Source: an uncultured bacterium | GTDB lineage: Bacteria; CSSED10-310; CAZUFC01 | Length of the DNA: 64,000 nucleotides | Assembly (NCBI GenBank): GCA_964619725.1 | Contig: CAZUFC010000034.1 | Span: forward strand, 1-64,000 | Direction of reading: 5' to 3' | Shown: positions 49,332-58,792 of the stretch, piece by piece | How positions within the stretch are numbered: position 1 is the first letter of the stretch | Layout of the letters: each line of letters starts with the position of its first letter | Notes under the pieces: model-generated | Database searches by the model: none | What the model was told of the DNA's origin: nothing | What the model saw: only the letters and a program-made list of their open reading frames with translations | Translations under genes and position numbers: made by a program

Positions 49332-49793
49332 CTAAACGTTCAAACGCCAGATAGCCCAGTTCAGGACTGATGCGAAAGAGACCCACAACAGGTAAGGCAG
49401 CAGTAAAACGCCGGCAAGCGGTCTGATTTTCCAGAAGGATATCATGGTGATCAGGATCATGATCCAGAGCAGCGATACTTCAAAGAAGGCGAGATCGGGG
49501 CGTTGCAGTCCGAAGAAAAGGTATGACCAGAGGGCGTTCAAGGCCAACTGTATCAGGAAAACCGCCGTGGGAAAAGTCATACGGTAATCTCCGGGCGTTT
49601 TCCATATCAACCAGGCGGCCGTGCCCATCATGATATAAAGCGCTGTCCAAACTGGTCCGAAAACCCATCCCGGCGGATTGAAAACAGGCTTTTGAAGCGC
49701 CCGGTACCATTCTCCAGGCATAAATTTCGAACCGATAAAACCGGCGGAAAGCGATACGAGTATCCAAAGGATGAGACGGATTATTTCTTTCAT
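49332..49793 (-). CDS. tspO: TspO/MBR tryptophan-rich sensory protein
   Basis: WYRALQKPVFNPPGWVFGPVWTALY, QLALNALWSYLFFG and LLPYLLWVSFA signature motifs. Confidence 0.95.
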   Translation of the reverse strand: MKEIIRLILWILVSLSAGFIGSKFMPGEWYRALQKPVFNPPGWVFGPVWTALYIMMGTAAWLIWKTPGDYRMTFPTAVFLIQLALNALWSYLFFGLQRPDLAFFEVSLLWIMILITMISFWKIRPLAGVLLLPYLLWVSFASVLNWAIWRLNV

Positions 49794-49877
49794 GAAATGT
49801 CCTTTCAGGCGGCCCTGTTCAATAACCGGTCAAACGCGGAAACAGAATCCGCCTTGAAGGTCAGAGCCCTTCCTAAT

Positions 49878-50519
49878 TTATTGATCGTCTTTGTTCTCTT
49901 GCATCTCCTTGTGTATTTCCCTGAATATCCTTTTGATTCTATCCGTAATTTCTTCACCATTCTTTTTTTCTTCTTCATCCATAAATTCAACCTCCAGCCT
50001 GGACTCAAACTTGTCCATAGCTTTTTCCAGGAAGCCTATTTTCTGTTCCAGGACTTTTCTTTCTCCCGTTTCCCAGTATTCTCCCTCATCGGTTACTTCC
50101 AGATTGGATATGTAGCGTTTTTTCAGATACCGGAGCAATTCGATCAGCGTAATGTGCGTTTCTATCGGAGCGAATTGAGTTTTCACCGAATTGTATTGTT
50201 TTCCTGCTTCGATTTTCCCTTCAAGCATCAGGATCGTTCCCATTATGGAAGTTAAATTGCCCTCGGAATCGAAGAAAAATTCTGCGGTTTCACAATGCTC
50301 GTGAGGCTGAATACTGATACCTTTGAGTCCCAGATGACCTTCAATATTGGCTTTACCGACTTCATGCACCAATTGTGCGTCAGAAGGCTCACTCCAATCC
50401 TCATCAAGCATTTGCGCTTCCCAGCCCAGTCTGCGGGCGAATTCAGCCAGTTCATTCCGTAAAACAGACTCATCGGATATGTGGTCCAGCTTACCTCTGT
50501 AATGAATCGTTACTCCCAT
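49878..50519 (-). CDS. Hypothetical protein
   Basis: Open frame. Probable start MGVTIHYRGKL at 50519 with GAGGT upstream (track start 50561). KTQFAP...H and DEGEYWET motifs; no function recognised. Confidence 0.75.
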   Translation of the reverse strand: MGVTIHYRGKLDHISDESVLRNELAEFARRLGWEAQMLDEDWSEPSDAQLVHEVGKANIEGHLGLKGISIQPHEHCETAEFFFDSEGNLTSIMGTILMLEGKIEAGKQYNSVKTQFAPIETHITLIELLRYLKKRYISNLEVTDEGEYWETGERKVLEQKIGFLEKAMDKFESRLEVEFMDEEEKKNGEEITDRIKRIFREIHKEMQENKDDQ

Positions 50520-50759
50520 TTTTTCAACCTCGTTTTCGTTTTTAACCTTGACAGCATCCAAGGATGTTTCATTGATGATACCTGATTTTCCGGATGAGTC
50601 AATTCGAGTTTTTGACGATTACGGATATGGTTAACGGATTACGTTTCATCTCTGCATCGCCCGCTTTATCAAAAAAAGCAATTGATTTCAATCTATTAGG
50701 TTGATCTTATCAGGAGTTCTAAATATCAATTCAAAATCTAATGCCGGACAGGCGCTATC

Positions 50760-50816
50760 TAGTGACTGTCCTGCATTAAATTTTGAATCGACAATCGAGT
50801 TTATGGACAGTCACTA
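50760..50816. repeat. 57-bp inverted-repeat element, copy 2
   Basis: Perfect 12-bp IR TAGTGACTGTCC ... GGACAGTCACTA, abutting another arm GGACAGGCGCTA just upstream. Confidence 0.8.
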
Positions 50817-50914
50817 TCTAAAACTTCAGCAAACTCCATTGCAGATTTCCTATTGTTTTCAGTTATAAGATCATTTATAATTTCTTCAACAATTTTGATC
50901 GTAGGAGGCTGCAG

Positions 50915-52240
50915 ATGATTTCGCTGAAGAGGATAAGTCATATCATCGTTTCATATTGTTTGCTCGCAATCATTTCTGCTCATTCAGACGTTCAGGCCGG
51001 AGGATACGCTGTTCAGGAGATCGGTTCTCAACGAACCAGCATGAAAGCCACGGTAGCCCGCGGAACCGACCTTACGACCATGTTTTCGAATCCCGGAGGA
51101 TTGGCGCGTTTAAAAGGCACGCGATTTTACGGATTCCTGATGCCCGCTCAAATACTGGCGGAATTCAGCCTGCAGGATGAGGACGGCGAATATTCGGAAT
51201 GGATCGAACCGACAGCGGCTTATGGATTCGTTCCTTTTCTGGGCGCGAGCAGCGATTTCGGTTTTAAAAAGTGGGTGTTCGGTCTTTCATGGTATTTTCC
51301 CAACCTATCTGCTTCCTCGCTTCCTGAAGATTCTCCGTTGCGGTACCATGCCATAGAAGCTTATTTTATAAACTGGTTTTTAACCGGTTCCGCAGCGTAT
51401 GAATTACATCCTAAAGTATCGCTGGGCGCCGGAGCGAGTCATATCTATGCGCTTCAGTATTATAAAACCATGCTCGATCTTTCCACGCTGGATATACCTC
51501 AGGCGCCTATTCCCCTGGCAGGCGATGCATTAATGGAAGCCTGGCCGGAGGGCGACGGTTTCGTATGGAACGCCGGCATTATTTTAGGACCCTGGAAAGG
51601 CGTAAAATTCGGACTGACCTATACCAGTTGCGAATGGATAGAAATGGAAGGCGACCTGGAAGCTGAAGGCGAACTTTACGGAATGATACCCGGGGAAGTA
51701 AAAGGCCGGTTTTATCAGGATACTCCGATTCCAGATTACATCAGGGCAGGCATCAATTATCAGGTAAATCATTCCTGGCAGGCCGGATTTGATTGGACAC
51801 TCTGGCATTACAACATATATCAGAAAAGCGAGCGAAAAATTAACGGCGCCCTCTCCGTACCGGGCATGCTGGAAGAAGACCTGGACCTTGATTTTACCAT
51901 AGAGAGCGACAGGTCCTACGGCAATTCATATAATCTGGCCGCCGGCATCGAGTATATCCAGCGGAAACGGAATAACTGGACATGGACACTGGGATTCGAA
52001 TACGATAAATCGCCCATTCCCGACAGGACATTCAGCGTGGAGAATCCCACCTCCGATTTTATCGCCGCAGGCCTGGGACTTCATTTGCCTATATCCAAAA
52101 AATGGACCATGGGCTCGACCCTAGGCATACAAAGACAAAAACAGCGCGACATCAGAAACAGCGAAACAGTTCCACCAACCAATGTAAAAACAAAGGCGAT
52201 AATGCTCAAAGCAGCATTGTCTTTCAGTTATAGGCGATAA
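50915..52240 (+). CDS. OmpP1/FadL/TodX family outer-membrane transporter
   Basis: GGAGG RBS, signal peptide, N-terminal GGYAVQE...NPGGLA hatch motif, YDKSPIP near the C-terminus, terminal amphipathic strand LSFSYRR. Confidence 0.85.
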   Translation: MISLKRISHIIVSYCLLAIISAHSDVQAGGYAVQEIGSQRTSMKATVARGTDLTTMFSNPGGLARLKGTRFYGFLMPAQILAEFSLQDEDGEYSEWIEPTAAYGFVPFLGASSDFGFKKWVFGLSWYFPNLSASSLPEDSPLRYHAIEAYFINWFLTGSAAYELHPKVSLGAGASHIYALQYYKTMLDLSTLDIPQAPIPLAGDALMEAWPEGDGFVWNAGIILGPWKGVKFGLTYTSCEWIEMEGDLEAEGELYGMIPGEVKGRFYQDTPIPDYIRAGINYQVNHSWQAGFDWTLWHYNIYQKSERKINGALSVPGMLEEDLDLDFTIESDRSYGNSYNLAAGIEYIQRKRNNWTWTLGFEYDKSPIPDRTFSVENPTSDFIAAGLGLHLPISKKWTMGSTLGIQRQKQRDIRNSETVPPTNVKTKAIMLKAALSFSYRR

Positions 52241-52461
52241 AATTATGGGCCTTTTTCCGGAGCGCTGAAGGTTATCTTTGAAACCGTTCTTCAACTGACA
52301 AAATGACCATCGCTTAGTTTATTAATCCCCTGGATCGCGCACGTTTTTCAATCTGAACATCAATATATGGGGGCGGCGTAACCCGGCATCTCTCGTTCGA
52401 TCATACGCCAGTTTCAAATTTCAGAGCCTCATGGGATATTCTGAACTTAAATGAAGCGCCT

Positions 52462-52480
52462 TCTGATTTGACAAATCAGA
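52462..52480 (+). promoter_or_regulatory. Perfect palindrome overlapping a TTGACA -35 hexamer
   Basis: TCTGATTTG-A-CAAATCAGA, ~75 bp upstream of ATG 52556. Confidence 0.45.
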
Positions 52481-52555
52481 TTTTGTACGTTAGAAGGGTA
52501 AGGAATCCAATTTGAAGTTTTTAAATGAGGGAATTCTTGTCATGGAGGTAATTTT

Positions 52556-55500
52556 ATGAGTCACGGGAAGTTTTTTTGTTTTTATGTTTTTTTTGCGGGT
52601 TTGACGATATTAATCTCGTCGTCTTTTTCAGCGACAGAGATCACTGAAGGCGATATTACGACCGATACGGAGTGGGACCTGGCGGGTCATCCTTACTGGG
52701 TAAAAACTAATGTTGAAATAAAAGGGGGAGCGACTTTAACGATAGAAGCTGGAGTCGTAGTCAAGATGGCATATACTAACGCTTTGTGTATAAAGGTTGT
52801 GAACGGTTCGCTCGAGCTGTTGGGAACGGAGACTGATCCTGTTTACTTCACGTCTGAGCGAGATGACACATTGCCTTTACCGTACGGTGAGGATACGAAT
52901 GGTGACGGAGAAGCGACTGCTCCTGCGGCCGGAGACTGGGGTTATTTACAGTATAGCGCTCAATCAGGCAGCAGCATTCTGTCGAACGTTGAATTCCGTT
53001 ATGGCGGCAATGGACCGTCTGCTGTGGATTATCTGATCTTCGTTCATAATGCTGACGTGAACATCAGCGACATAAAAATAGTCGATGCTTTTGAACTGGC
53101 GATTTATTACAGTTCCCCTTCAACAGCCATGTCGCCTTCGATAACAGGCGTAGAGATATTAAATTGCGAGACAGGCATCGACTTCTATCCTTCCTCTGTA
53201 ATTGACTCTCCCCTCATCTCCGATAACACGATAACCGCTACCTCATGCGGAATATCGTTCAGGTCTTCCGACTCGTCGCTTAACGGACTCATAAGCGGCA
53301 ATGTAATAACCAGTCCGTCCGGCACGGGAACCGGCATTATTATTCGATATAGCGATTCATCGACCGCCGTAACGGATAATACGATCACCGACATGGTTAA
53401 CGGATTACATTTTCTTTCTGCTTCGCCCACGGTATCCGGAAATACAATCAGCAACTTGACCGAATATCCATTGATGTATCAAAACTCCTGTTCACCGGTC
53501 TACAGCGGGAATTCCTTCACGAATATCGGAATGCCGGCCATAGCTGTTTGGGGAGATATAGAGGAATCGTCAACCTGGATCGACGTTCAGGGTCTCGGCT
53601 ATCCTTATCATATAATAGAAACCCTGGGGATCGATAATGATACTACGCTGAACATCGATCCCGGAATAGCCGTCAAGTTCAAGCCTGTTTCCAATAACGG
53701 CATGGAAATCCGTGGAGTATTATCGAGCCAGCCGACAGGAGAACCGGTCATTTTTACATCAATGAAAGATGATACCGCCGGAGGCGACTCAAACGGCGAC
53801 GGTTCGGCCACAGTTCCTTCTCCCGGCGACTGGGGCTATCTATGGTATCAGTCTCAAGCTTCAGGCATACTCCACAATGCGGAATTGAGATATGGAGGCA
53901 ATGGTTATGCTTCCGTCGACTACGTCATCTGGGTTGGCGGATCAGACATGGACATCAGCGACATTACAATAACCGACTGTTTTTCCAGCGGCATTTTATA
54001 TCAATCGTCGAGTTATGCCGTCACGACCCCATCCATCACGAATGTAGTCATACCCTCCTGCGAAACAGGCATACGATTTAGTCACGGCAGTCAGGATTTT
54101 TCATCGGAAATATCTGATAATCAAATAAACGCATCGGTTTGCGGCATTCTCTTTAACGGTTCGGATGCAGCGTTTCCGACCTTTACAATAAACGCTAATG
54201 TAATTGAAAGCTCGCAGGGTTCAGGAACCGGGATTCATGTCATAGACTGCGATGCAACATCCTCTGTATCGAACAATACGATATCAAACATGACGAACGG
54301 GTTGCATTTTGAAGATGCATCACCGACCGTCACCGGCAATTCAGTTACCGGTGCGGCTGAATACCCGTTAATTCAGCAAGGCAGCAGTTTCCCGGTTTAT
54401 AGCGGAAATACTTTCAATAATATCGGACTTGAAGCGATTGCCGTCTGGGGAGTAATTCAGACGTCAGGAACCTGGAATGATGTTCAAAACCTGGGCTATC
54501 CCTATCATGTTGAAGAAACCGTGGAGATTGATGATGGAGCGACGCTGAGCATCGACCCCGGTATGGTCGTCAAGTTTCAAACGACCGGATATCCGTGCTT
54601 CGATATCAGGGGCATGTTGTCTCTTCCCTCGTCGGGCAGCAGGGTCGTTTTCACCTCAATGAAGGACGATACGGCAGGCGGCGACTCAAACGGCGACGGC
54701 TCTGCTTCGGTTCCTTCTTCGGGAGACTGGGGATACTTTCATTACTATCCTCAAGCCGTCGGAAACATAGTTCAAAATGCTGAATTTCGTTATGGCGGCA
54801 ACGGAAAATATTCGGTCGACTATGTCATTTGGGTAGCAAAGGCGAGTACGGAAATCCGCCATAATGCATTTTTCAACGCGTATGACACCGGCATTTATTA
54901 TCAGGCATCCACTACCGCTGACAGCACTGCGCTGATTCACCATAACACGATAATGAATGCGGATACCGGCATCCGGTTTATGGGAAGCGCGGATTACAAT
55001 TCAACGGCTCAAATCACCTACAACTACATTGACGCAGGCGAATCTTCCGTCGCAATTGAATTGCGAAAAGCCTGCGCCGCTTCAGATATCGGGAACAACA
55101 CCATCGTCAACAACTTTATAGGCGTTGATGCTGTCGATCCCCAGGGGGCTTTCACTGTCAGGGAAAACAATATTGTGGGTAATTCCGAATACGGCGTCCG
55201 ATGCGACGGTCCTGTATGCATCCTGGCAGACGACAACTGGTGGGGCCATGAGACTGGGCCCCTGGATGAAGAGGCGGGAGCGGGAGTATGCGATAATCTT
55301 CACGCCGGCGGAGGCGATGAAATAAGCGAATATGTCGATTACGGCGACTGGTCTAATAACTGGATTCCCAATTATCTGCTGAACTGTTCCGAGGCGATTC
55401 AGGTGACCTGCGGCAGCACATTGAATTATCAGACAACGGCCGACATGCAATCGAACATTGACTATTACGGATGCGATCCCTCTTTGTATATGGGCGGAAA

Positions 55501-55975
55501 TGAAAAAGTTTATTCAACGACGACCGAATCTTCCGGCAGCCTGCAAGTCGTTCTATGGCCGGATTCGGAAACCGAACCTTACGTTTTTATTCTGGGTTCA
55601 TGCAATGAAAACGCCTGCCTGGCTTCAGACGAACGATGCGCCGTTTTGCCGGACGTACCTCCGGGACAGTATTACATCGTAATAGACAGCCCTTCCGGTC
55701 ATGCTGATTTCGATATCGGAATCTACTGCGGATTACCGACTTTTACGCCGACTCCAGCCGTCACGCAAACCCAGTCGCCGACAGCTTCTCCCACAGAAGG
55801 CACAACAACGCCGACCGTTCCGATTCTGACGCCTACCGCAACAGAATCGCCGACCGCCGCCGTTGTGCCCGCAGCTTCTTGCGGAACAGCGATTTTACTC
55901 CTGGTTCTGCTGAGCGCTTTGATATCTTATCGAAAAATGGGAACTGATCAAAACGGGGTCTCACTTCTTCCATAA
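52556..55975 (+). CDS. Secreted right-handed parallel beta-helix repeat protein with Cys-rich PPC-like domain and VP-anchor
   Basis: 1139 aa, GGAGG RBS, signal peptide. Three FTSxxDD...GD(S/T)NGDG..P..GDWG repeats, NxI beta-helix ladders, DNWWG cap, P/T linker, tail VPAASCGTAILLLVLLSALISYRK. Confidence 0.88.
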   Translation: MSHGKFFCFYVFFAGLTILISSSFSATEITEGDITTDTEWDLAGHPYWVKTNVEIKGGATLTIEAGVVVKMAYTNALCIKVVNGSLELLGTETDPVYFTSERDDTLPLPYGEDTNGDGEATAPAAGDWGYLQYSAQSGSSILSNVEFRYGGNGPSAVDYLIFVHNADVNISDIKIVDAFELAIYYSSPSTAMSPSITGVEILNCETGIDFYPSSVIDSPLISDNTITATSCGISFRSSDSSLNGLISGNVITSPSGTGTGIIIRYSDSSTAVTDNTITDMVNGLHFLSASPTVSGNTISNLTEYPLMYQNSCSPVYSGNSFTNIGMPAIAVWGDIEESSTWIDVQGLGYPYHIIETLGIDNDTTLNIDPGIAVKFKPVSNNGMEIRGVLSSQPTGEPVIFTSMKDDTAGGDSNGDGSATVPSPGDWGYLWYQSQASGILHNAELRYGGNGYASVDYVIWVGGSDMDISDITITDCFSSGILYQSSSYAVTTPSITNVVIPSCETGIRFSHGSQDFSSEISDNQINASVCGILFNGSDAAFPTFTINANVIESSQGSGTGIHVIDCDATSSVSNNTISNMTNGLHFEDASPTVTGNSVTGAAEYPLIQQGSSFPVYSGNTFNNIGLEAIAVWGVIQTSGTWNDVQNLGYPYHVEETVEIDDGATLSIDPGMVVKFQTTGYPCFDIRGMLSLPSSGSRVVFTSMKDDTAGGDSNGDGSASVPSSGDWGYFHYYPQAVGNIVQNAEFRYGGNGKYSVDYVIWVAKASTEIRHNAFFNAYDTGIYYQASTTADSTALIHHNTIMNADTGIRFMGSADYNSTAQITYNYIDAGESSVAIELRKACAASDIGNNTIVNNFIGVDAVDPQGAFTVRENNIVGNSEYGVRCDGPVCILADDNWWGHETGPLDEEAGAGVCDNLHAGGGDEISEYVDYGDWSNNWIPNYLLNCSEAIQVTCGSTLNYQTTADMQSNIDYYGCDPSLYMGGNEKVYSTTTESSGSLQVVLWPDSETEPYVFILGSCNENACLASDERCAVLPDVPPGQYYIVIDSPSGHADFDIGIYCGLPTFTPTPAVTQTQSPTASPTEGTTTPTVPILTPTATESPTAAVVPAASCGTAILLLVLLSALISYRKMGTDQNGVSLLP

Positions 55976-56094
55976 CTTTAGACGGTTTGTTTCAGTAATC
56001 AGGGTCGGTATCGGTATCGCAATCGAAATCGAATCAAAATGATGCGATATCCTGTCGAACTGTAACCTCAAAAGAGGTATTTTTGCTCAACGCC
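55939..56094 (+). mobile_element. Hexamer-core dispersed element, copy with 6 hexamers; overlaps the CDS end
   Basis: GGGAACTGATCAAAACGGGG...TGTTTCAGTA-[ATCAGG GTCGGT ATCGGT ATCGCA ATCGAA ATCGAA]-TCAAAATGATG...TTTTTGCTCAACGCC. Confidence 0.85.
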
Positions 56095-56166
56095 GAAAAA
56101 TGAACACATAAAAACGTATTCGAAAAGTCGCCATTAACCCGGAAATCCATTCAAAACGCCCGTAAT

Positions 56167-57222
56167 TTAAACTACGGCATCATAAATCAAATCCAGTACG
56201 TTTCTGACCGGAAGGCTATTGCCGTTTCGCCTCGCCATATTACTCAGGTTCAATTCGCAGGTGGGACACAGGGTAACGAGAGTATCCACATTGAGGTCCA
56301 ATGCCTGTTTCACTCTTTTTTCCGCCATTTTTTCGGAAAGCTCCTTGCTGGTGACCAGAACTCCGCCCCCTCCGCCGCAGCACTCAGCCTGTTTGCCGCT
56401 TGCAGGGAACTCAACCAGCTCGACGCCGATTTGCTTCAATATATCCCTGGGCTCATCAACCATATTCATGCCCCGCGCCAGGTTGCAGGGATCGTGGTAG
56501 GCGGCTTTGATTCCTAGTTTTTCACCGTTGAACTGAGGTAATCGTTCGGCAATTTCCTTAATGACGTATTTCGGTTTCAGTTCAGGATAGGATTTTTCGA
56601 TAAAAAAGGCGCATGTTGTGCAAAGACAGATAAATTCTTCGTTGGGAAAAGTGTTTTTGAATTTCTCCTTGTGATCAGCCAGCTCATCTTTATAACCCAA
56701 CACTCCGAAAGGCATTCCGCAACATACTTCATCGACGACCCTGGGTTTAACCCCCAGTTTTTCAAGCACAGCAAGATATTTTTCAGCATCCTCAGTCCTT
56801 TCCAGGAATCGGCATCCCAGGAGGACGGGAGTCGTTCCGTTGCGCTGCGGAGCCTGTAACGACTGTCCGTAGATATTGCCGGTTGCATTGATCTTATCAA
56901 GCAGCTCTCTGTGCGAATCGTAGCCGAACCCCGCTTCGTAAATATCAGCCCTGGCGGCCGTTATAATGTCAGGTATCGACACGTTTGACGAACAACGTTC
57001 GACACAGTCTCTGCAATAGGTGCACTGGTAAAGTTTGTCCATAATGTAGTCAGAAGGTTCCAGCTTGCCTGAAAGAAGGGCATGCGCCAGCATAACTTTA
57101 CCCCTGGCGCCGTCTGACTCCCAACCTAATTCTTTATAAACAGGGCATCCTTCATAGCAGTAAGCGCATCGGATGCATATATTCATCTCATTTTCCCATT
57201 GTTCGAGATACTTTGTCTCCAT
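56167..57222 (-). CDS. Fe-S oxidoreductase subunit (GlcF/GlpC-like; two 4Fe-4S motifs plus CCG domains)
   Basis: CIRCAYCYEGCP, CTYCRDCVERC, CCG, YHDPC, CCGGGGG, CPTC. Confidence 0.9.
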   Translation of the reverse strand: METKYLEQWENEMNICIRCAYCYEGCPVYKELGWESDGARGKVMLAHALLSGKLEPSDYIMDKLYQCTYCRDCVERCSSNVSIPDIITAARADIYEAGFGYDSHRELLDKINATGNIYGQSLQAPQRNGTTPVLLGCRFLERTEDAEKYLAVLEKLGVKPRVVDEVCCGMPFGVLGYKDELADHKEKFKNTFPNEEFICLCTTCAFFIEKSYPELKPKYVIKEIAERLPQFNGEKLGIKAAYHDPCNLARGMNMVDEPRDILKQIGVELVEFPASGKQAECCGGGGGVLVTSKELSEKMAEKRVKQALDLNVDTLVTLCPTCELNLSNMARRNGNSLPVRNVLDLIYDAVV

Positions 57223-57361
57223 CTTACATTTTCCCCTTTCCCGATAAGACGGGATCGCAGTTTGAATTGATCAAAGGATTAACAATCATGACAGATTTGT
57301 ATGTTGAATAAATTTCTCGCCTGCAAGACGCCCTTTTATTCTTATCCTGCAGACGTTCGGC

Positions 57362-58792
57362 TCAAGCCGTGATCCTGTATCTCAGATCAGTAGCCGTTAC
57401 CCAGTCGTCAGGAGCATCCATAATTTTATGCGGATTCAAAATATTGTTCGGATCGAACGCTTTTTTCACGGCCCTCATTATGGGGATCAAATCCCTGTTC
57501 GCTTTTTTCCAGTAAGGAGCTTTGGACAGCGCTATGCCGTGTTCTCCTGAAATTACGCCGCCGGCTTCATTGATGTAATCATAAAGTTCTTCAGCGGCAT
57601 TTTTGGCATCTTCCCATTGGCGCCGTTTGGTGACGTCCAGCATGATCTTGGTGTGAACGACGCCTGAGCCGCAATGTCCGTAAACCGACATGATCACGTT
57701 CCAGCGTTTGGCGATTTCATGAATTTTGTGGGTCGCTTCAGCCATACGGGAATATGGCACGGCCATATCGTCCGCCAGGTCGGTGCATATAATGCCGGGT
57801 TTGTATCGTGAAAGGGCCGCAAAAAGTTTTTTACGCCCCATGAATATCCTGGCTCGCTCACCCGCATCATAACTCATTTTAATTCCGTGTCCCCCATGCT
57901 TTTCGCAGATGCTTCTTATGCTCTGAATTTCCTGGTCCACCGCTTCACGGGACTTGCCGTCAGCTTCAAACAACAGGATGGCTTCCACGTCCGGCAATCC
58001 CATATCCATCTGGCTGTTGACCACGGAAATGGCTATGTTGTCCATCAATTCCAGCACAGAAGGTGAACAACCGCCGGACATGACGTCCCTGATCGTTTCG
58101 CCTGCTTCACCGACAGTATCGAAACAGGCTATTCCCATACAGCGCAGCAACGGCAACGGCACAATTTTCAAGGTCGCCTCAACCACAATCCCTAAAGTGC
58201 CTTCAGAACCCACCATCAGCTTCTCCAGATGATATCCCGCTGAATGCACCCGAGTATTCGCTCCCATCTCCAAAAGCCTGCCGTCGGCCATCACTACCTT
58301 CATACCCAAAACCGAATCTCGCGTCGCTCCATATTTCACAGACCTTATTCCGCTGGCGTTAGCCCCTATCTCGCCCCCTATCGTGGCGATCTTACTCGAT
58401 GCCGGACCGGCAGGCCAAAAAAAACCATGCGGCTTGAGCGCCCGGTTTAATTCGTCGTCGATCACGCCCGTTTCCACTCGAACCAACGTGTCGTCAGGTC
58501 TGATCTCCAGTACCCTGTTCATCCTCTTCAAATCCATCACTATCCCGCCGTCAATTGGTACCGCGTGCCCCGAACATCCCGATCCGGAACCTCTCGCAAT
58601 TAAAGGTACTCGATGCTCGTTCGCATACGCTGCGATCTTCTGCACCTGCTCTACGCTGCGAGGCGCAATTACCACATCCGGCATGCTGTGATGCACAGAT
58701 GCATCACCGCCGTAAATAAACAATTCCGCTGCATTATCAGCGACGTTCTCTTCGCCGACGATCGACTTGAGTCTTCCCAGGTCCAGCTCCAT
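57362..58792 (-). CDS. FAD-linked 2-hydroxyacid oxidase/dehydrogenase (GlcD / D-lactate dehydrogenase-like)
   Basis: RGSGS, TIGG...NASG...KYG, GSEGTLGIV, GHCGSG.VH, SGEHGI, FDPNNILNP.K; AGGAGG RBS. Substrate cannot be determined from sequence. Confidence 0.9.
   Translation of the reverse strand: MELDLGRLKSIVGEENVADNAAELFIYGGDASVHHSMPDVVIAPRSVEQVQKIAAYANEHRVPLIARGSGSGCSGHAVPIDGGIVMDLKRMNRVLEIRPDDTLVRVETGVIDDELNRALKPHGFFWPAGPASSKIATIGGEIGANASGIRSVKYGATRDSVLGMKVVMADGRLLEMGANTRVHSAGYHLEKLMVGSEGTLGIVVEATLKIVPLPLLRCMGIACFDTVGEAGETIRDVMSGGCSPSVLELMDNIAISVVNSQMDMGLPDVEAILLFEADGKSREAVDQEIQSIRSICEKHGGHGIKMSYDAGERARIFMGRKKLFAALSRYKPGIICTDLADDMAVPYSRMAEATHKIHEIAKRWNVIMSVYGHCGSGVVHTKIMLDVTKRRQWEDAKNAAEELYDYINEAGGVISGEHGIALSKAPYWKKANRDLIPIMRAVKKAFDPNNILNPHKIMDAPDDWVTATDLRYRITA

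Noticed and set aside
38185-56094. CRISPR array interpretation of the 9-mer tract, hexamer tracts or dispersed element
   Set aside because: No 23-47-bp identical repeats separated by unique spacers of regular length, and no cas genes.
57263-57300. GAATTGATCAAAGG as another copy of the hexamer element end
   Set aside because: The match is limited to ~10 bp and the arm sequence does not continue.
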